A DNA stretch of 64,000 nt from assembly GCA_038198965.1 (NCBI GenBank), contig JBBPZH010000018.1:6209-70208 (forward strand). The letters run 5' to 3'. Shown here piece after piece: positions 41,908 to 50,700 of the stretch. The stretch comes from Propionibacteriales bacterium (lineage in GTDB: Bacteria > Actinomycetota > Actinomycetes > Propionibacteriales > Nocardioidaceae). Positions within the stretch are counted from its first letter, which is position 1. Each line of letters opens with the position of its first letter. The translations under genes and the position numbers were made by a program. Under the pieces are notes generated by a model. That model saw nothing but the letters and a program-made list of their open reading frames with translations, made no database searches and was not told the origin of the DNA.

Positions 41908-43167
41908 GTGATGGCTACCAGCGTGCTCGTTGCAGTCGGCGGCGCCAGCTTCGAGGCGGAGCTGCTCGACGCCCTTGACAAGCCGTCCTTCCAGGTCGTC
42001 CGGCGGTGCGTCGACGTCCCAGACCTGCTCACCGCAGCGGACCTCCAAACGGCTCAGGTCGCCGTGGTGTCGGCGCACCTGCGCAGCCTCGACCGGTCGG
42101 TCGTCGCACGTCTGCACGACGATGGCGTGACGGTGGTCGGAGCAACGGCAGAGACATCCAGCGCCGACGAGGCTGCGTTGCGACGGCTCGGAGTGCAGCT
42201 GTTCGTGTCGCCTGACGACGTCGCGACGTTGGCGGAGATCTTGGAATCGGCGGCGTCGGGCTCCGCCGGACAGGACCAGTCGACGTACGACGACACGGCG
42301 GCCGAGCCGCCGGCGCTCAACGCGCCCACCGTGGTCGGCCGCCTGATCGCAGTGTGGGGAGGCGCCGGAGCACCCGGGCGCTCGGTGGTCGCGATGGGGC
42401 TGAGTGCTGAGCTGGCCAGGCGGCGCCTGGACACGATCCTCGTCGATGCAGATGTGTACGGCGGAGCCAGCGCCGCGTTGCTGGGTCTCATCGACGAATC
42501 GTCCGGGTTGCTAGCGGCGGCCCGCGCTGCCAACGTCGGGACACTGGACCTGCCCACGCTGGCGCACCACGCTCGCACGGTCAGCCCCCACCTGCGTGTC
42601 TTGACCGGTCTGCCCCGTGCCGACCGCTGGACCGAGCTCAAGCCAGCCCTCATTCGTGAAGTCCTGGCGACCTGTCGGGCGCTGGCAGCATTTACCGTCG
42701 TGGACTGCGGCTTCAGCCTCGAGACCGACGAGGAGATCAGTTACGACGTTGGGGCTCCACGTCGAAACGGAGCGACCCTGGAAGTGCTGCAGGAAGCAGA
42801 CCTGGTCGTCGTGGTCGGGGCCGCCGACCCGCTGGGCCTCGGCAGGCTCATTCGGGCACTGCACGAACTGTCCACTGCGGTGCCGGCCGTCACCGCTCAT
42901 GTCGTGATCAACCGCGTTCGCGACACCTTGGGCTGGTCCGAAGCCGACATCACCGCGACGGTGACCCGTGCGACCGGGCTCGACGGCATCTCTACGCTGC
43001 CCGAGGACCGGCATGCGTGCGACAAGGCCATGGTCCACGGCCGGACCCTGTCAGAGGCGGCACCGGACGCAAGGCTGACAAGGTCGCTGGGCGCGCTCGC
43101 GGCCCAACTCGCCGGTTTGCCTGACAGCGCCCGGCGACGAGGCGCGAGCCGTTTCGTGCGGCGCTGA
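41908..43167 (+). CDS. CpaE/TadZ/Ssd-like ParA-MinD family ATPase with an N-terminal receiver-like domain
   Basis: Deviant Walker A VWGGAGAPGRSVVAMGLS, ILVDADVYGG. The N-terminal 120 aa or so resemble a pseudo-receiver. Confidence 0.75.
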   Translation: MMATSVLVAVGGASFEAELLDALDKPSFQVVRRCVDVPDLLTAADLQTAQVAVVSAHLRSLDRSVVARLHDDGVTVVGATAETSSADEAALRRLGVQLFVSPDDVATLAEILESAASGSAGQDQSTYDDTAAEPPALNAPTVVGRLIAVWGGAGAPGRSVVAMGLSAELARRRLDTILVDADVYGGASAALLGLIDESSGLLAAARAANVGTLDLPTLAHHARTVSPHLRVLTGLPRADRWTELKPALIREVLATCRALAAFTVVDCGFSLETDEEISYDVGAPRRNGATLEVLQEADLVVVVGAADPLGLGRLIRALHELSTAVPAVTAHVVINRVRDTLGWSEADITATVTRATGLDGISTLPEDRHACDKAMVHGRTLSEAAPDARLTRSLGALAAQLAGLPDSARRRGASRFVRR

Positions 43168-43311
43168 ACCGGCGTTGGGCGACCTTGACGTCACCCACCC
43201 CGACGGAACCCCCGGTCGCAGCCAGCACCAGGGCGCCGCCGCCGCCTACCACGGCGGGTGGCCGCCACAGCCTTGCTAGCGTGAGACCAGGCACATCATG
43301 AGGGAGGCGCC

Positions 43312-44262
43312 GTGCAGGCGATCTGGAAGGGCACAATCTCGTTCGGCCTGGTGACGATCCCGATCAAGGTCTACTCAGCGACCGAGGAACGCAACGTGTC
43401 GTTCCGGCAGGTGCACGAGGCCGACGGCGGGCGCATCCGCTACAAGCGGGTGTGCGAGGCGGACGGTGAGGAGGTGCCGTACTCCGACATCGGCAAGGCG
43501 TACGAGCTGCCCGACGGGCGGCTTGTTGTCCTCACCGACGAAGACTTCAGCGAGTTGCCGCTACCTACGGCCAAGTCGATCGAAGTCCTGGAGTTCGTGC
43601 CAGCGGAGCAGGTCGACCCCCTCTACTTCTCAAAGGCGTACTACCTGGCGGCCGACGGCGTCGGCGTCAAGCCCTACGTGCTGCTTCGCGACGCGCTCTC
43701 GCGCACCGGCCAGTGCGCTTTGGTCAAGGTGGCGATCCGCACCCGTGAGACGCTGGCCCTCCTGCGGGAAAAGGACGGGGCCTTGGTTCTCCAGACCATG
43801 CTGTGGCCGGAGGAGGTGCGCAGCAGTGACTTCGCCGTACCTGACGACTCGGTGGAGATCCGCAAGCAAGAAGTCGGCATGGCGGAGTCCTACATCTCGA
43901 CGCTGTCGGGCGACTTCGATCCCACTCGTTACTCCAGCGACTACCGCGAGGCACTCGAGCAGCTGGTGCAGGCAAAGGCCTCTGGACTGCCGATGCCGGA
44001 GACTGCCACCGACGAGCCGCAAACCGCCCAGGTGGTCGACCTGGTCGCCGCGTTGCGGGCCAGTGTCGACGCTGCCAAGCGCCGCCGCGAAGGAGTGGCT
44101 GCCGAAGTCGCTGACGCCGCCACGGGAACTGACGGAGCGGCCGCTCCCAAGCCGGCGGCGAAGTCACCGAGCAAGCGTTCGGCGAAGCCCGCGACGGCGA
44201 AGGACGGCGCGAAGAGCACCAAGGCTGCTGCGAAGAAGTCGACAGCCAAGAAGTCCGCGTAG
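43312..44262 (+). CDS. ku: NHEJ DNA end-binding protein Ku
   Basis: VQAIWKGTISFGLVTIPIKVYSATE...VSFRQVH...GRIRYKRVC; Lys/Ala-rich basic tail. GGGAGG lies 5 nt upstream of the GTG. Confidence 0.9.
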   Translation: MQAIWKGTISFGLVTIPIKVYSATEERNVSFRQVHEADGGRIRYKRVCEADGEEVPYSDIGKAYELPDGRLVVLTDEDFSELPLPTAKSIEVLEFVPAEQVDPLYFSKAYYLAADGVGVKPYVLLRDALSRTGQCALVKVAIRTRETLALLREKDGALVLQTMLWPEEVRSSDFAVPDDSVEIRKQEVGMAESYISTLSGDFDPTRYSSDYREALEQLVQAKASGLPMPETATDEPQTAQVVDLVAALRASVDAAKRRREGVAAEVADAATGTDGAAAPKPAAKSPSKRSAKPATAKDGAKSTKAAAKKSTAKKSA

Positions 44263-44293
44263 CCACCCCGGGCGTCCGTGGCAAGATCGACCC

Positions 44294-45922
44294 ATGGACG
44301 CCTACGCCACCGTTCCGGCCCCTCTCAACGAGCCCAATCTCGACTACGCGCCAGGTAGCTCAGAGCGCGAGGCGCTGAGCGCAAAGCTCATCGAGCTGCA
44401 GAAGTCGCAGGCCGAGCTGACCGCCACCATCGGCGGCGAGCAACGGTGGGGAGGCGGCGAAGAGTTCGCGGTCGTGCAACCGCACAACCATCAGCAGGTG
44501 CTGGGGGTGACGCGCGGCGCCGACCGCAAGGACACCGAAACAGCGATCCGCGCTGCTGCCGACGCCGCCCCGGCGTGGCGCGCGATGCCGTTCGAGGACC
44601 GGGCGTCCATCATCCTCAAGGCCGCCGAGCTATTGGCCGGCCCGTGGCGCCAGACGCTCAACGCCGCGACGATGCTCGGGCAGTCCAAGACCGCCTGGCA
44701 GGCCGAGATCGACGCGGCCTGTGAGCTGATCGACTTCTGGCGCTTCAACGTCCACTACGCCGACCAGATTTTGCGCGAACAGCCGATCGCCAATGCCAAG
44801 GGCGTGTGGAACCGCACCGATCACCGCCCCCTCGAAGGCTTCGTCTACGCGATCTCACCGTTCAACTTCACGGCCATCGCCGCGAACTTGCCCACTGCCC
44901 CCGCCCTGATGGGCAACACGGTGCTCTGGAAGCCGTCCGTCACTCAGCAGTTCGCCGCCCACCACACGATGCGGCTGCTCGAAGAAGCCGGCATGCCGCC
45001 CGGAGTCATCAATCTTCTCCCCGGTGACGGCCTGGCGGTGTCTGACGTGGCGCTTGGGCACCCCGACCTCGCGGGCATCCACTTCACCGGCTCGACCCCA
45101 ACGTTCCAGCACCTGTGGCGCACCGTCGGCAATTCCATCGAGAACTACCGCGGCTACCCGCGGATTGTGGGAGAGACCGGCGGTAAGGACTTCGTGATCG
45201 CTCACCCCTCCGCCGACCCCGACGTGCTCAAGACAGCGCTGATCCGTGGGGCCTTTGAGTACCAGGGGCAGAAGTGCTCGGCCGCGTCGCGCGCCTACAT
45301 CGCCAGGTCGGCGTGGGACCGCATCAAAGACGACCTTGTCGCCGAGACCGAGTCGATCACCGTGGGCGACGTATCCGACTTCACCAACTTCATGGGCGCC
45401 GTCATCGACGCCCGCGCGTTCGACAAGCACCGTACGGCGATCGCCCGCGCGCACGACGCCCACGACCTGAACGTGCTCGCCGGAGGGACGGTCGACGACT
45501 CGATCGGCTGGTTCGTGCGGCCCACGATCATCGTCGCCGACGACCCCACCGACGAGATCTTCGCCAACGAATACTTCGGGCCGATCTTGTCGGTGCTCGT
45601 GTACGAGGACGACAGGTTCGAGCAAGCCGTGCACCAGATGGAGTCCTTCGCGAGCTACGCGCTCACCGGCGCCGTCATCGCCCAGGACCGGCGCGCCATC
45701 GGTTGGGCGATGGAGACGCTGCGCTTCGCGGCCGGAAACTTCTACATCAACGACAAGCCGACCGGGGCAGTGGTCGGACAGCAGCCGTTCGGTGGCGCCC
45801 GCGCGTCTGGCACCAACGACAAGGCCGGCGCGCCACAGAACCTGCTGCGCTGGACCTCTGCGAGGTCGATCAAGGAGACGTTCGCGCCGCCGACGACGTA
45901 CCACTACCCGCACATGGGCTGA
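44294..45922 (+). CDS. pruA: L-glutamate gamma-semialdehyde (1-pyrroline-5-carboxylate) dehydrogenase
   Basis: MDAYATVPAPLNEPNLDYAPGS...; aldehyde dehydrogenase catalytic motifs ETGGKD and QGQKCSA; FGGARASGTNDKAG near the C-terminus. The 818-aa ORF-track call overlaps ku, so the real start is the ATG at 44294. Confidence 0.9.
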   Translation: MDAYATVPAPLNEPNLDYAPGSSEREALSAKLIELQKSQAELTATIGGEQRWGGGEEFAVVQPHNHQQVLGVTRGADRKDTETAIRAAADAAPAWRAMPFEDRASIILKAAELLAGPWRQTLNAATMLGQSKTAWQAEIDAACELIDFWRFNVHYADQILREQPIANAKGVWNRTDHRPLEGFVYAISPFNFTAIAANLPTAPALMGNTVLWKPSVTQQFAAHHTMRLLEEAGMPPGVINLLPGDGLAVSDVALGHPDLAGIHFTGSTPTFQHLWRTVGNSIENYRGYPRIVGETGGKDFVIAHPSADPDVLKTALIRGAFEYQGQKCSAASRAYIARSAWDRIKDDLVAETESITVGDVSDFTNFMGAVIDARAFDKHRTAIARAHDAHDLNVLAGGTVDDSIGWFVRPTIIVADDPTDEIFANEYFGPILSVLVYEDDRFEQAVHQMESFASYALTGAVIAQDRRAIGWAMETLRFAAGNFYINDKPTGAVVGQQPFGGARASGTNDKAGAPQNLLRWTSARSIKETFAPPTTYHYPHMG

Positions 45923-45960
45923 GCCCGCGACGCTGACGTCGAGACCTTGAACCGGATGGC

Positions 45961-46164
45961 TCAGGCCACCCGAGCGGTCACCACCTTGACATCGCAAACG
46001 GGGTCGATGAGGACCGCGGCACCGCACGAGGTGCAGCAGTAGTCGCAACCATCGGCATCGCAGTCGTCGATGGCCACGAAGATGCGCTCGGCCCGGCAGT
46101 CAGCGCAGACCCGAACGATGCCGGTGAGCATGAGCTTGTCGGCTGAGTCGTCCATGCGGGGCAT
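45961..46164 (-). CDS. small Cys-rich hypothetical protein
   Basis: VCADCRAERIFVAIDDCDADGCDYCCTSCGAAV (7 Cys). The start codon is ambiguous (46164, 46155 or 46209). Confidence 0.4.
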   Translation of the reverse strand: MPRMDDSADKLMLTGIVRVCADCRAERIFVAIDDCDADGCDYCCTSCGAAVLIDPVCDVKVVTARVA

Positions 46165-46187
46165 GCTGTCAGAGGGGACCGACAGCC

Positions 46188-46688
46188 TCAGGAAGGCTCG
46201 CCCAGCCACCGGTCTGCGACTTCTTGCTCCGTTGTGATCGCTGCAAGGATGCCTTCTGCGAACACGGTCTCGATCTTCTTGCCGACGAAGGGAATCGACA
46301 CGTTGACGACACCGCTGATCGAGGTACGCGCGCCTTCCCCGACTGCATGGGTGGTCGCCGTACCGGTCATCTTGGCCGGTTGGCCACTGATCTGTACGGT
46401 CAGGTCGGCCTGGCGTTGGCCCGTCGGGTCCGGAGCCGCCCAGTTCTCGGTCTGCAGCACTTCGACGGTCTCGCCGAGAAACTTCTTGACCAGGTCGGGG
46501 ACGTCGGCGGGCATAGTGCGCCGGATCGTGATCGTCGCCGTGTCGTCATCATGGCGGTCGACGTCGATGTCGTAGCCGATTGCGTGCGTAGCCTCGCACA
46601 CCGCACCGCGGAACTTCGAGTCGACGGCCAAGGCGAAGACTTGGTCGGGGGAAGCATTCGGATAGGTGATCTCGGCGTGCACGTCCAT
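46188..46688 (-). CDS. DUF2505/SRPBCC-like protein
   Basis: MDVHAEITYPNASPDQVFALAVDSKFRGAVCEAT...LTVQISGQPAKMTGTATT... matches the pattern I associate with DUF2505. Confidence 0.6.
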   Translation of the reverse strand: MDVHAEITYPNASPDQVFALAVDSKFRGAVCEATHAIGYDIDVDRHDDDTATITIRRTMPADVPDLVKKFLGETVEVLQTENWAAPDPTGQRQADLTVQISGQPAKMTGTATTHAVGEGARTSISGVVNVSIPFVGKKIETVFAEGILAAITTEQEVADRWLGEPS

Positions 46689-46722
46689 GGCGAGGCATTG
46701 TGTCACCGATTAGCCTGACGTA

Positions 46723-47595
46723 ATGCCTACCGGTGAGCGAGCCGCCACCGACGGTACTGACGTCGACGTACCCGCCGACGGCCCGGATCCGACCATTGGA
46801 GAATGGGCGGGTATCGACCTGAGCTTCGGGGAGTCCGGAGCCAAGCTGACCTACGGCAGCTATCTCCAGCTGGAGCGGCTCCTGTCGGCCCAGCAGCTGG
46901 AGTCGCGCCCACCGGCGCACGACGAGCTGCTGTTCATCACAATTCACCAGGTGTACGAGTTGTGGTTCAAGCTGTTGCTCTTCGAATGCGAGTCAGCCCG
47001 CGACGCTATGTTCGACGACTCCGTCTGGTTCGCCAAGCACCTGCTGCGGCGCGTACACGTCATCGAGCGCGTCCTCATCGAGCAGGTCGACGTGTTGGAG
47101 ACCATGACACCGCAAGACTTCCTCGCGTTCCGGCAGCACCTCTCACCGGCGAGCGGCTTCCAGTCGGTCCAGTTCCGCGAGCTGGAGTTCTTGTCCGGTG
47201 CCAAGGAGCCGTCCTTCGTACGCCGGTTCAAAGGTCTCACCGCTGCCGAGACAACAAGGCTTCAGCACCGCCTGGACGAGCCGACTCTGTGGGACGGCTT
47301 CCTCGCGCTGCTGTCCGAACGCGGGCTACCGGTCGGCTCCGCTGACGAGGTCAACGCCAGCCTGCACCGGATCGCGCGCGATCGTGACAACTACTTCGAC
47401 GTGTGGGAGGTGGCCGAAGCGCTCATCCAGCACGATGAGATGGCGATCGGCTGGCGCGCCCGGCACGTCACCATGGTCGACCGCGTCATCGGCACCAAGC
47501 CAGGTACGGGCGGCTCGGCGGGCTCTGCTTATCTGCGCAGCCGGCTCCCCCTGCGCTACTACCCTCAGCTGTGGGACCTGCGGTCTGACCTGTAG
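46723..47595 (+). CDS. kynA: tryptophan 2,3-dioxygenase
   Basis: LTYGSYLQLERLLSAQQ...HDELLFITIHQVYELWFKLLLFE...SGFQSVQFRELEF...GTGGSAGSAYL. Confidence 0.9.
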   Translation: MPTGERAATDGTDVDVPADGPDPTIGEWAGIDLSFGESGAKLTYGSYLQLERLLSAQQLESRPPAHDELLFITIHQVYELWFKLLLFECESARDAMFDDSVWFAKHLLRRVHVIERVLIEQVDVLETMTPQDFLAFRQHLSPASGFQSVQFRELEFLSGAKEPSFVRRFKGLTAAETTRLQHRLDEPTLWDGFLALLSERGLPVGSADEVNASLHRIARDRDNYFDVWEVAEALIQHDEMAIGWRARHVTMVDRVIGTKPGTGGSAGSAYLRSRLPLRYYPQLWDLRSDL

Positions 47596-47725
47596 GACAT
47601 GCCGCTAACGCTGGGGTCACAACCCGTGCATGACGAGACGGTGCGAGTTATGGTCGAAGCTGTCACACAGCATTGTGTGTCCGCGGCCCGCTGCGTCGCG
47701 CTCAGCAGGAATCAGGCCCACCACC

Positions 47726-50700
47726 ATGCCCAGCAGGTTGCTAGACGCCAAGCGGGACACTCTCAAGCGCGACATTCTCACCTCGGCCGCCGAGGTAGCC
47801 GCGACCCGAAACGGCAGCGCCGGCCTCGATCCTGACGCCACCTGCCGGCTCCTGCAGCTGTACTACCGGCACACCGCACCTGAAGACATCGTCGAGCGCA
47901 ACCCCGTCGACATCTTGGGTGCGGCCATGAGCTCATACCGACTGGCTCTGCATCGGCCGCAAGGCACCTCTGCGATGCGCGTCTTCACCCCGACCGTCCA
48001 AGACAACGAATGGACCGCGGATGGGCACAGCGTCGTGGAGATCGTGACCGACGACATGCCGTTCCTCGTCGACTCGGTGACGATGGCGCTCACCGCAGAG
48101 AGTCGGTCGATCCACGTCGTGATCCACCCACTGCTCGTCGTGAGCCGCGATCTGGCGGGTCACCTGCAGCATATCTGTGACGGGGAGAGCCCGAGCCGCC
48201 ACGATGAGCCGTGTGACATGGGCGAGTCGTGGATGCACATCGAGATCGACCGGGAAAGCGACCCCACCGTCTTGCGCGCCCTCCAAGAGCGGCTGACACG
48301 CACCCTCAGCGACGTGCGCGAAGCCGTCGAGGACTGGAACAAGATGCGTGACCAGGCGCAAAGCCTGGTGTCAGAGCTGACGACGGCCCCACCGCCGTTG
48401 CCGGAGGCCGAGGTGAGCGAGGGCCGGGCCCTCCTCGAGTGGCTTGCCGACGACCACTTCACCTTCCTCGGGTATCGCGAGTACCAACTCGGGGGAGCTG
48501 AGGGAGCCGAAGTGCTCCGCGCGGTACCCGGCACCGGCCTTGGCATCTTGCGCTCCGACCAGGACATGTCCCCGGCCTACGGCAAACTGCCGCCGACGGT
48601 GGCAGCGAAGGCACGCGAGAAGCAGCTGCTCATCATCACCAAGGCGAACTCACGGTCCACCGTCCACCGCCCCGCATATCTGGACTATGTCGGGATGAAG
48701 CGGTTCGACACCAACGGTGAGGTCGTCGGGGAGCGGCGTTTTCTGGGCCTGTTCAGCTCGGCTGCCTACACCGAGAGCTTGCTCCGTATCCCTGTGCTGC
48801 GCGTCAAAGCTCGCCAGGTGGTCGACGCCGCAGGGTTCGCACCCCGCAGCCACAGCGGCAAGACGCTGATGGACATCCTCGAGACCTATCCGCGCGACGA
48901 GCTCTTCCAGACTTCGGTCGAGGAACTCGTGCCGGTGGCTCTCGCCGTGCTCCATCTCCGCGAGCGGAGGCAGCTGCGATTCTTCGCCCGCCGCGACGCA
49001 TACGGACGCTATCTGTCCTGCTTGGTCTATCTGCCCCGCGACCGCTACACGACACACGTCCGCGAGCGCATCCAGTCGATCTTGACCACCCAGCTGGGAG
49101 CCGCCTCCATCGACTACACCGCAAGGGTCAGCGAGTCGGTGCTCGCGCGGCTCCACTTCGTCGTACGTGCCGCCCCCGGTGAAACTCTGCGCGACTTCGA
49201 CGAGGCGGCCCTGGAGCAGCAGCTCGCCGACGCAACGCGGTCCTGGACCGACGACCTCGTGGCCTCGCTCACCGAGCAGTACGGCGAAGAGATCGGCGCC
49301 AAACTTGCGCGGAACTACGCGAACGCCTTCCCCGAGGCCTACAAGGAGGACTTCAGGCCCAGCATGGGGGCCATCGACGTCCATCAGCTCGAGCAGGTCG
49401 ACCCAGGCTCCATTGGGCTGTCCCTCTACTCACCGGTCGACGCCGCCGAGAGCGAGGCCAGGTTCAAGGTCTTCCGGACCGGGTCACCGCTCAGCCTGTC
49501 GATGGTGCTGCCGATCCTCTCAGCCATGGGCGTGGAGGTGGTGGACGAGCGGCCCTACGAACTGGAGCGACCAACCGGCCGCGCCTGGATCTACGACTTC
49601 GGCTTGCGCCGTGCCACCGGCTTTCACGAGGGCATGCGAGACACGTTCCAAGACAGCTTCATGGCCGTGTGGCGCGGTCTCGCCGAGAGCGACGGATTTT
49701 CGGCTCTCGTGCTTTCTGGTGGTCTCCACTGGCGGCAAGTCGCGGTGCTCCGGGCGTACGCCAAGTACTTCCGGCAAGGCGGTTCGCCGTTCGGTCAGGC
49801 CTATATCGCGTCCTCGCTGGTTGCCAACGTGCCGATCACCCAGCTCCTGGTCGCGCTTTTCGAGACCCGCTTCGACCCAGACGCAGACTTGGCAGCCGGT
49901 GCTGATGATCAGTTCAGGCTTGCGGCGCGCCATGAGCAGGCCGAAGGTATCGAGCGCTCGATCCGCACGCAGCTCGACGGCGTGGCGAGCCTCGACCAAG
50001 ACCGCATCCTGCGCAGCTATCTCGGGGCGATCAAGGCCACCCTGCGCACGAACTTCTACCAGACGGCCGCGGGCGGCGGGCAGCCCCGGGCGAGCATCAC
50101 GCTGAAGTTGGACCCCACCGAGCTTCCCGACGTGCCCGAGCCGCGGCCGAAGTACGAGATCTTCGTGTACTCCCCGCGGGTCGAAGGAGTTCATCTGCGC
50201 TTCGGGCCGGTTGCCCGAGGAGGGCTCCGATGGTCAGACCGCCGAGAGGACTTCCGCACTGAGGTGCTGGGACTGGTCAAGGCGCAGATGGTGAAGAACG
50301 CGGTCATCGTGCCGGTGGGTGCCAAAGGGGGCTTTTACTGCAAAAAGCTTCCGCCGGCCGGATCGGATCGCGAAACGGAGCTGGCCGAAGGCATCGAGTG
50401 CTACCAGATCTTCATCAGGGGCATGCTCGACGTCACCGACAACCTGGTCGCCGGCGAAACCGTTCCGCCGGCGCGCGTGGTGCGGCACGACGGTGACGAC
50501 AGCTATCTCGTGGTAGCTGCCGACAAGGGACCGGCGACGTTCTCCGACATCGCCAACAGCGTCGCGCATGAGTACGGCTTTTGGCTCGGCGATGCATTCG
50601 CCTCCGGCGGATCGGTTGGATACGACCACAAGGCGATGGGCATCACCGCTCGCGGCGCCTGGGAGTCGGTGCGGCGGCACTTCCGCGAGCGGGGCGTCGA

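Noticed and set aside
40819-42117. 432-aa minus-strand ORF, and the 357-aa plus-strand ORF starting at 40834.
   Set aside because: Only the last 93 codons of the minus ORF (the HTH protein) look like real protein. Only the part of the plus ORF from 41194 (the SAF protein) looks real. The remainders are mutual shadows.
43185-43225. C-rich hairpin loops (CGTC-ACCCACCCC-GACG and CGAC-GGAACCCCCG-GTCG) as a possible 6C sRNA next to the CpaE/Ssd-like gene.
   Set aside because: The two hairpins share bases and are mutually exclusive, the stems are only 4 bp, and the element lies downstream rather than upstream of the ATPase. It does not fit the two independent C-loop hairpins of 6C as I recall them and needs a covariance-model search.
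43466-45922. 818-aa ORF suggesting a giant fusion protein overlapping ku.
   Set aside because: The first 276 codons are an Arg/Ser/Pro-rich shadow of ku in another frame. The PruA homology begins at the Met at 44294.
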